Under the pieces are notes generated by a model. The model was given only the letters and a program-made list of their open reading frames with translations, was not told where the DNA came from and did not search any database. Position numbers and translations under genes: made by a program. A stretch of DNA of 64,000 nucleotides from Syntrophobacterales bacterium (lineage in GTDB: Bacteria; Desulfobacterota; Desulfobaccia; Desulfobaccales; 0-14-0-80-60-11), in assembly GCA_023512475.1 (NCBI GenBank), contig JAILZL010000008.1, positions 5,784 through 69,783 on the forward strand, in the 5' to 3' direction. This document shows positions 58,320 to 64,000 of this stretch, one piece after another. Positions within the stretch are counted from its first letter, which is position 1. Each line of letters starts with the position of its first letter.

Positions 58320-58870
58320 GCTCGTTCCGGATGGCCGGATTCGATGGCTACCGCATCCTCCCGGCCCATTTCCCGCAGGTAGACGTTCACCCGCTGCTCC
58401 GGAGGCAGATCCATGGTGAGGCCGACGAAGTCCGGGCAGATGGGGAGCTCCCGGCCGCCCCGGTCCACCAGCACCGCCAGGCGGATGCGCCGGGGCCGGC
58501 CATAGTCCATCAGGGCATCCAGGGCGGCCCGGATGGTGCGGCCGGTGAAGAGCACGTCATCCACCAGGAGCACCTCCTGGTCGTCAATGGAGCCGGGCAG
58601 CTCGGTTTTGCCCACCAGGGGTTTGTGGCTGATGCGGGTCCAGTCATCCCGGTAGAGGGTGATGTCCAGGACCCCCACCTTGAGGGGCGCCCGGGCGCGG
58701 CGGCCCACAAGGTCCGCCAGACGCTGGGCCAGATAGGCGCCGCCGGTGCGGATGCCCACCACCACCAGCTCGGCCGGGTGGGTGCAGGCCTGGTGGATTT
58801 CCTGGGCCAGCCGCTCCAGGGTGGCGGTGAGCTCGGCCGCCGACAGGGCCAGACGCGTATCCACGGGCAT
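58316..58870 (-). CDS. pyrR: bifunctional pyr operon regulator / uracil phosphoribosyltransferase PyrR
   Basis: 184 aa. VVVGIRTGGAYLA and the PRPP motif VLLVDDVLFTGRTIRAAL. Confidence 0.9.
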   Translation of the reverse strand: MPVDTRLALSAAELTATLERLAQEIHQACTHPAELVVVGIRTGGAYLAQRLADLVGRRARAPLKVGVLDITLYRDDWTRISHKPLVGKTELPGSIDDQEVLLVDDVLFTGRTIRAALDALMDYGRPRRIRLAVLVDRGGRELPICPDFVGLTMDLPPEQRVNVYLREMGREDAVAIESGHPERA

Positions 58871-58904
58871 GGGAGGCGGTCCCTCTTTTGCAAAAAATTA
58901 CCTT

Positions 58905-58933
58905 ACCTTACCACGGTCAGCGCCGCTTGACAA
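58905..58933 (-). promoter_or_regulatory. candidate promoter of the pyrR operon (TTGTCA-17-TAAGGT)
   Basis: Minus strand reads cTTGTCAagcggcgctgaccgtggTAAGGTaaggtaatttttt. Lies about 35 nt upstream of the pyrR ATG. Confidence 0.4.
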
Positions 58934-59270
58934 GCCGCGGGGCTCCACCCGACGGCAAGGGAAAGTGCAGCTGTGACTTTATTTCCCCGGGATGCAGGCG
59001 TATAATGGGGGTCGGGAAGAATCGGCAAACGAGAGGGAAAACCGGCCCCGCCAGGGGAAGGATGACCTGGCAGGGCGGCACCCGCCCTGAAGAGGGCGGC
59101 CGCGTCCGGGGAAACCGGTCTTTGGCCCCGACTCCGGCCGGGGCCGGGCACGGGAGGCCGCCTTTTGTCCCTCTCCTCCCCCTCCCCTGCCGCGGCTTTC
59201 CCCTGGCTGGGTCGGCGCAAGGGGCGGGAGATACCCTGGGGACCGCCCGCTTCTGCCCCCGGAGCCGGCT

Positions 59271-59585
59271 GTGACGCTGAAGGAGGCCTGCCAGATCCTG
59301 GGTCTGGGCCCGGTGGCCACCCGCCGGGAGATCCGGGAGGCCTACCGCCGGGCCGCCCGCCGCTGGCACCCGGACCGGGCCCCTGCGGGCGCGGAGGAGG
59401 AATATCGCCGCCGTATGCAGGCGGTGAACGCCGCCTACCAGCGCCTCAAGGAGTTCCTGGAGCATTACCGCTACCGGCTGGAGGAGACGGAAGAGGAGGG
59501 CGACGTGGACCGCTGGTGGCGGGAACGCTTCAACGTGGGGGTCTGGAGCGGCCCGGGTCCGGCGCCGACGGAGGGGGAGGAGTGA
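59271..59585 (+). CDS. J-domain (DnaJ-like) small protein
   Basis: 104 aa. ILGL......EIREAYRRAARRWHPDR (HPD motif). GTG start with GGAG 6 nt upstream. Confidence 0.8.
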   Translation: MTLKEACQILGLGPVATRREIREAYRRAARRWHPDRAPAGAEEEYRRRMQAVNAAYQRLKEFLEHYRYRLEETEEEGDVDRWWRERFNVGVWSGPGPAPTEGEE

Positions 59586-59650
59586 GGTTTTTTCCGGAAA
59601 ATTTTAACCAAATTAAAGTCCGGGGAAAAAATCCCGAATTCTAGATGGAC

Positions 59651-59794
59651 TTAACAGGCTGGGGGAAAACACCCCTTCCCCGAAATCCGTTAAGGCTGGC
59701 CGAGCCAAGTCCTATTCCTGGGATGGGAGGAGGGGGCGGGGCCAGGGTCTGTGACCCCTCCTTCCCCGATACCTTTTTTTCACCGGCCTGTTAA
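59651..59794 (+). repeat. GC-rich TIR-bounded intergenic repeat, copy A
   Basis: Perfect 9-bp termini TTAACAGGC...GCCTGTTAA. Internal blocks shared with copy B (see finding). Confidence 0.75.
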
Positions 59795-59891
59795 TGCCGC
59801 CGGCGTTTCGGGGTCTATGGAACAGGAAGGGGAAACGGGACGGATTGCCGCCGGGACCAGCAGGACCTCACCAACCTCAGGGAAAACGATC

Positions 59892-60749
59892 ATGCCCAGC
59901 CAGCCCTCGCCAGCCGTGTCGGGTGGAAAACTTTTGGTACTGGCCCTGCTGCTGACGGTGCTCCTTGGGTGGCCAACCGTCGCTCCGTCCGGGGCGGCCC
60001 CGGCGCCGTCGGGGTCTCCCCAGATTCTGGAGGACCTCAAGTATCGGGTGGACCTCTGGATCTTCAACGACTCCGTCCCGGCCCGGGTGGTTCTCAGCCG
60101 GCTGGGGGGCAATCATTACCGGGCCTCCATCTCCGGCCAGGCCAAGGGGATCCTGGCCCTCCTAAGCGGCCATTTCAAAGGGGAGTACAGCACCGACATG
60201 CTGTTCACCGGGGGCCGGTTCCGGCCGCTCCTCTACCGGGAGAAGACCGAGCGCCGGGGCAAGCTGCACGTCACCGAGCACCGCTTCGACCACGAGGCCA
60301 GGCGGGTGGAGGTCTGGAAGTGGGACCGGGGCAAACGGGCCATGGTCAAAAAGTGGGAAGGCCCCCTGGATGACAGCCTCACCGATCCCTTAAGCTTTTA
60401 TTACAACCAGCGGCTGCGCCTGGGGGAGATCAAGGAAGGGGAGGTGGTGCGGCTGCCCACCGTGCCCTACCCCAAACCCGAAGAGGTGGTCTTCCGGGTG
60501 GGGCCCCTCACTCCCGAAGGCCGGCGGGTCACCATCATCCTGGATGACAAGCTCCTGGAGACCGAAGGCCGGGAGGTGCAGGCCCTGTTGGACCAGGAGG
60601 GGGTGGCCACCCGGGCCTGGGCCAAGTTCCTGCGCTACGGCCAGGTGAGCGGCACCCTGCTCCCGGAGAGCCGGCGCCTGAAGGTGCAGGAGCTCCTGGC
60701 CGCCCCCGGGGGAACCCCGGGCCCCACCCGCCTGGCCCGCAGATTCTGA
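59892..60749 (+). CDS. hypothetical exported protein (possibly DUF3108-like)
   Basis: ORF 59751..60749 trimmed to ATG 59892, so that the product starts with signal peptide MPSQPSPAVSGGKLLVLALLLTVLLGWPTVAPSGAA. The rest looks beta-rich. Family assignment is tentative. Confidence 0.7.
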   Translation: MPSQPSPAVSGGKLLVLALLLTVLLGWPTVAPSGAAPAPSGSPQILEDLKYRVDLWIFNDSVPARVVLSRLGGNHYRASISGQAKGILALLSGHFKGEYSTDMLFTGGRFRPLLYREKTERRGKLHVTEHRFDHEARRVEVWKWDRGKRAMVKKWEGPLDDSLTDPLSFYYNQRLRLGEIKEGEVVRLPTVPYPKPEEVVFRVGPLTPEGRRVTIILDDKLLETEGREVQALLDQEGVATRAWAKFLRYGQVSGTLLPESRRLKVQELLAAPGGTPGPTRLARRF

Positions 60750-60919
60750 CAGGCTGTTGCAAAACCCCCTCCCCGAAATCCGGTGGCATGAGGCCGGCCG
60801 ATTCTGCCGGTTTGGCGAAGCCACCTTTCATTTATGGGGTTGGGGAGGGGCTCGGGGAAGGGCAGGGGTCTGCGACCCTTGGCCCCCTTCCCCGAATAAT
60901 CTTTTCATCAACCTGTCAG
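60746..60919 (+). repeat. GC-rich TIR-bounded intergenic repeat, copy B
   Basis: Termini CTGACAGG...CCTGTCAG. The left terminus contains the stop codon of the preceding gene. Nested G/C hairpins lie at 60853-60894. Confidence 0.75.
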
Positions 60920-61450
60920 GCGGATGGAGTCAAAGGAAGGACCTCCCGAAGGCCATGGAAGGCCTGACAAAGGGATTGCGGCCCAGGTTGAACCCGGTTC
61001 CGGGGCCATGTCCTGGGCCTGGATCCCGAGGATCCCCGGCAGAAGCGGCTTCAGCTGGTGCGGTTGACAACGGGGAACATAGCTGCGGGTCCTCGGTGAT
61101 CACCCGCGGGCCGGGAGCGGCGCCGGTCGGGCGTGGCCGGAGGTGAGCGCGGCCCAGGGGCGCAATATCTTCTGGGAACAGCCGGATTATCCCCCGCACC
61201 GGGACAAGGGAACCAGAATTCCCCTCCCCGGGGCTTTGGAAGGGCGAGGATCCGAGACCGGGGAGACCGAGACCCCACCCCCCGGCCATTTCTGACAACC
61301 CCCCCCTTGACGAGGGGCCACGAATGATTAACTAATAATCAGAGCCAGCAGCCAGAGGACCGGAAAGTCTGCATTGCCGGCCCGCCTCAAGCACTGCGTC
61401 TGGAAGGCGAAGGTATGAGGGAGTTGCAGCCCCTCCTGGCTGACTGGCCG

Positions 61451-61491
61451 GAAGAGGCCGCGACCGGAAACGGCGCGGCCTCTTCTTATTT
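61451..61491 (+). terminator. intrinsic terminator in gene-free region
   Basis: Perfect 12-bp stem GAAGAGGCCGCG / CGCGGCCTCTTC (loop accggaaacgg) followed by TTATTT. Confidence 0.6.
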
Positions 61492-61631
61492 GGGGGAGGA
61501 TGCGGGGGGAGGTGGCCCCTCCTTTTTCCCCTCCCCCGAGGGTAATTTCCGCGGCTTTGGGAGTGAGACACGAGGGGACAAGAGCTTGGGATCCCGGCCC
61601 CCGCTCCCGCCAACTCTTTTGGAGGCATGCG

Positions 61632-61660
61632 TTGACAACTAGTGGGAATTTTTTTAAAAT
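61632..61660 (+). promoter_or_regulatory. sigma-70-type promoter (TTGACA-17-TAAAAT) of the DUF465-ilvBN operon
   Basis: TTGACA at 61632-61637, 17-nt spacer, TAAAAT at 61655-61660. Confidence 0.6.
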
Positions 61661-61701
61661 CAAAGGCTATCTGGAAGTTGACGCCGATATGGGGCCAAGC
61701 T

Positions 61702-61938
61702 ATGGAAGAACGGGACTTGGAGCTGATCCGCCGGGTCATGGAGCTGGAGCCGGAATTGAAACAGCGGCTGGCGGAACACGAGGAATTCGAGCGCCGGCTG
61801 GAGGAGTTCAACCGGCGTCCCTATCTCACCAGTGAAGAGACCCTGGAGAGGAAACGGTTGCAGAAACTGAAGCTGGCGGGCCGGGACCGCATCGAGCAGA
61901 TCCTGGCCAAATACCGGGAAAAGGAAGGGATGGCATGA
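61702..61938 (+). CDS. DUF465 (YdcH-like) small coiled-coil protein
   Basis: ORF 61642..61938 trimmed to ATG 61702. [14 protein letters not shown]......[24 protein letters not shown] matches the DUF465 pattern. ATGA overlap with ilvB. Confidence 0.75.
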   Translation: MEERDLELIRRVMELEPELKQRLAEHEEFERRLEEFNRRPYLTSEETLERKRLQKLKLAGRDRIEQILAKYREKEGMA

Positions 61939-63638
61939 GCACCAAGCGCACCGGCGCCCAAATCTTCCTGGATTGTCTGGAGAGGGAGGGCGTCCAGCAC
62001 ATTTTCGGGTATCCCGGGGGGGCGGTCATCGACATCTATGATGAGCTGACCCGACGCCCCCACATCAAGCACTACCTGGTGCGCCATGAGCAGGCCGCGG
62101 TACACGCCGCCGACGGCTACGCCCGGGCCTCCAACAAAGTGGGGGTGGCCCTGGTCACCTCCGGGCCCGGCGCCACCAATACGGTCACCGGCATCGCCAG
62201 CGCCTACATGGATTCCATCCCCATCGTGGTCTTCTCCGGGCAGGTGCCCACCCACCTCATCGGCAACGACGCCTTCCAGGAGGTGGACATTGTGGGCATT
62301 ACCCGGCCGTGCACCAAGCACAACTACCTGGTGACCGACATCAAGCACCTGGCCCGCACCATCCATGAGGCCTTCTACATCGCCCGCTCCGGGCGTCCGG
62401 GGCCGGTGCTGGTGGATTTGCCCAAGAATGTGCAGCAGGCCAGTATCGTGCCGGAGCCCCTTGACCCCAAGGAGATCCGCATCCCCAGCTATCAGCCCAC
62501 GGTGCACGCCAACCCCCGGCAGGTGCGCCGGGCCCTGGACCTCATTCTCCAGGCCAAGCAGCCGGTGCTGTACACCGGCGGCGGCATCATTCACAGCAAC
62601 GCCTCGGAGGAACTCCTCAAGTTCGCCGAGGCCCTGCAGATCCCGGTGACCAGCACCCTCATGGGGCTGGGGGGCTTTCCCGGGATCCATCCCCTGTGGA
62701 TGGGCATGCTGGGTATGCACGGCACCTACTGCGCCAACATGGCGGTGGCCAACTCCGATGTGCTCATCGCCGTGGGGGCCCGCTTCGACGACCGGGTCAC
62801 CGGCCGGCTGGACGCCTTCGCGCCCCACGCCAAGATCATCCACATCGACATCGACCCCAGCTCCATCAGCAAAAACGTGGTGGTGGACATCCCCATCGTG
62901 GGGGACTGCCGGGACGCCCTGCACCAGCTCAACAACCTCCTGAAAAAGGAAGAGCCCCGGGATTGGGCTGCCCTAAGGGAGGAGTGGCTGGGCCGCATCC
63001 GGGAGTGGGACCGCAAACACCCCCTCAAATACAAGAAATCCAAAGAGGTCATCAAACCCCAGTTCGTGGTGGAGAAGCTGTGGGAGGTCACCGGCGGGGA
63101 TGCCTACATCACCACCGAGGTGGGCCAGAACCAGATGTGGGCCGCCCAGTTCTTCAAATTCAAGCGGGCCCGGCAGTTCATGACCTCCGGGGGCCTGGGG
63201 GCCATGGGCTACGGCTTCCCCGCCGCCATGGGGGTGCAGGTGGCCAAGCCGGATGCCATCGTCATCGACATCGCCGGGGACGGCAGCATCCTGATGAACA
63301 TCCAGGAGCTGATCACCGTGGTGGAAAACAACCTGCCGGTGAAGATCGCCATCCTCAACAACGCCTACCTGGGGATGGTGCGGCAGTGGCAGCAGCTTTT
63401 GTATGACAAACGCTACAGCGCCACCGATCTGAGCGCCCAGCCGGATTTTGTCAAGGTGGCCGAGGCCTTCGGGGCGGTGGGCTTCCGGGCCACCAAGCCC
63501 GAGGAGGTGGAGCCCGTCATCCGGAAGGCCATGGAGATCAAGCGGCCGGTGATCATGGACTTTGTGGTGGACCGGGAGGAGTGCGTCATGCCCATGGTGC
63601 CGCCGGGCAAAGCCACCCATGAAATGCTCCTGGCCTAG
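61935..63638 (+). CDS. ilvB: acetolactate synthase (acetohydroxy-acid synthase) large subunit
   Basis: 567 aa. [12 protein letters not shown], the TPP-binding [14 protein letters not shown]...GDGSILMN...NNAYLGMV. Confidence 0.95.
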   Translation: MSTKRTGAQIFLDCLEREGVQHIFGYPGGAVIDIYDELTRRPHIKHYLVRHEQAAVHAADGYARASNKVGVALVTSGPGATNTVTGIASAYMDSIPIVVFSGQVPTHLIGNDAFQEVDIVGITRPCTKHNYLVTDIKHLARTIHEAFYIARSGRPGPVLVDLPKNVQQASIVPEPLDPKEIRIPSYQPTVHANPRQVRRALDLILQAKQPVLYTGGGIIHSNASEELLKFAEALQIPVTSTLMGLGGFPGIHPLWMGMLGMHGTYCANMAVANSDVLIAVGARFDDRVTGRLDAFAPHAKIIHIDIDPSSISKNVVVDIPIVGDCRDALHQLNNLLKKEEPRDWAALREEWLGRIREWDRKHPLKYKKSKEVIKPQFVVEKLWEVTGGDAYITTEVGQNQMWAAQFFKFKRARQFMTSGGLGAMGYGFPAAMGVQVAKPDAIVIDIAGDGSILMNIQELITVVENNLPVKIAILNNAYLGMVRQWQQLLYDKRYSATDLSAQPDFVKVAEAFGAVGFRATKPEEVEPVIRKAMEIKRPVIMDFVVDREECVMPMVPPGKATHEMLLA

Positions 63639-63649
63639 GGGAGGAAGCC

Positions 63650-64000
63650 ATGGAAGCCAAAAAGAACCGGCGCCATACCATTTCCGTCTGGGTGGACAAC
63701 CAGCCCGGGGTGCTCTCCCGGGTCACCGGGCTCTTCTCCGGCCGGGGCTTCAACATCGAATCCCTGTGCGTCGCCGAGACCATGGACCCGGCCACCTCCC
63801 GCATCACCCTGGTGACCAGCGGCGATGAGCAGATCATCGAGCAGATCATCAAGCAGCTCCGCAAGCTCATCAACACCCAGAAGGTGGTGGATCTGAGCGA
63901 GCTGGACCACGTGGAGCGGGAGATGGCCATGGTGCGGGTCAAGGCCGAGGACAAGTCCCGGGCCGAGGTGCTGCGCATCGCCGACATCTTCCGCTGCCGG
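63650..64000 (+). CDS. ilvN: acetolactate synthase small (regulatory) subunit, 3' partial
   Basis: Not in the ORF track because it runs off the window. My translation from ATG 63650 is MEAKKNRRHTISVWVDNQPGVLSRVTGLFSGRGFNIESLCVAETMDP...(ACT domain). Confidence 0.9.
   Translation, partial: MEAKKNRRHTISVWVDNQPGVLSRVTGLFSGRGFNIESLCVAETMDPATSRITLVTSGDEQIIEQIIKQLRKLINTQKVVDLSELDHVEREMAMVRVKAEDKSRAEVLRIADIFRCR

Noticed and set aside
58871-58905. PyrR-binding attenuator hairpin in the pyrR leader
   Set aside because: The leader is only about 30 nt (aattttttgcaaaagagggaccgcctccc). I could not find the UCCAGAGAGG-type binding loop or an anti-terminator/terminator pair.
61340-61380. Possible SRP (4.5S) or RNase P RNA, because of AGCAGCCAGAGGACCGGAAAGUCUGC
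   Set aside because: The words resemble GGUCCGGAAGGAAGCAGCC (SRP) and GAGGAAAGUCCGGGC (RNase P P4). However, the order and spacing are wrong, the other universally conserved blocks are absent, and the length is too short for RNase P.
61415-61835. ORFs 61415-61642 and 61500-61835 (+) as possible small proteins in the gene-free region
   Set aside because: The first reads straight through a strong terminator hairpin, and the second begins just downstream of that hairpin. Both translate to G/P/S-rich low-complexity sequence and run across the downstream promoter, and the second also overlaps the DUF465 gene out of frame.

Overview
High-G+C (roughly 65% by eye) bacterial chromosome segment, Gram-negative type (TolC, lipoprotein-style signal peptides). 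It is mostly core housekeeping. 1-10.1 kb holds the distal spc/alpha ribosomal-protein cluster (rplX to rplQ, with secY, adk, map, infA, rpmJ, rpoA). 10.5-18.1 kb holds an NlpC/P60 peptidase, a class-V aminotransferase with serA, a DUF1844 gene, and ispE-prs-pth. 18.3-19.3 kb holds a sensor-less sigma-54 activator. 19.5-29.3 kb (minus strand) holds an 11-gene nuoABCDHIJKLMN operon with no nuoEFG. 29.7-42.3 kb holds a creatininase-family gene, an ArsR plus polyferredoxin pair, der, two tandem S41 (Ctp) peptidases, split transketolase, gatCA and a TolC-family gene. 42.5-53.6 kb holds tRNA-Gly(CCC), a short TauE gene and rimP-nusA-infB-DUF503-rbfA-truB-rpsO-pnp-M16 peptidase. 61.7-64 kb holds DUF465-ilvB-ilvN. 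I found no CRISPR array, integrase, transposase, rRNA or recognisable defence gene. Five things are not explained by ordinary annotation. (1) A dispersed family of about 145-177 nt G/C-tract repeats bounded by ACAGG/CCTGT inverted termini. There are three clear copies, two of which flank one exported-protein gene, plus weaker relatives. (2) An unusually long gene-free stretch (60.9-61.6 kb) containing a strongly structured candidate small RNA that ends in an intrinsic terminator. (3) A tightly coupled minus-strand operon, pyrR / 405-aa orphan / yjbQ / 578-aa orphan / alpha-beta hydrolase (plus a 74-aa orphan 59 nt further on), whose two large proteins I cannot assign to any family. (4) A Ctp paralogue that appears to have lost the Ser/Lys catalytic dyad. 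(5) An ArsR-polyferredoxin pair with a shared AT-rich 11-mer and an apparently leaderless regulator mRNA. None of these can be proven to be a new system from sequence alone, and the checks are stated per finding. The many long ORFs antisense to real genes are G+C artefacts.
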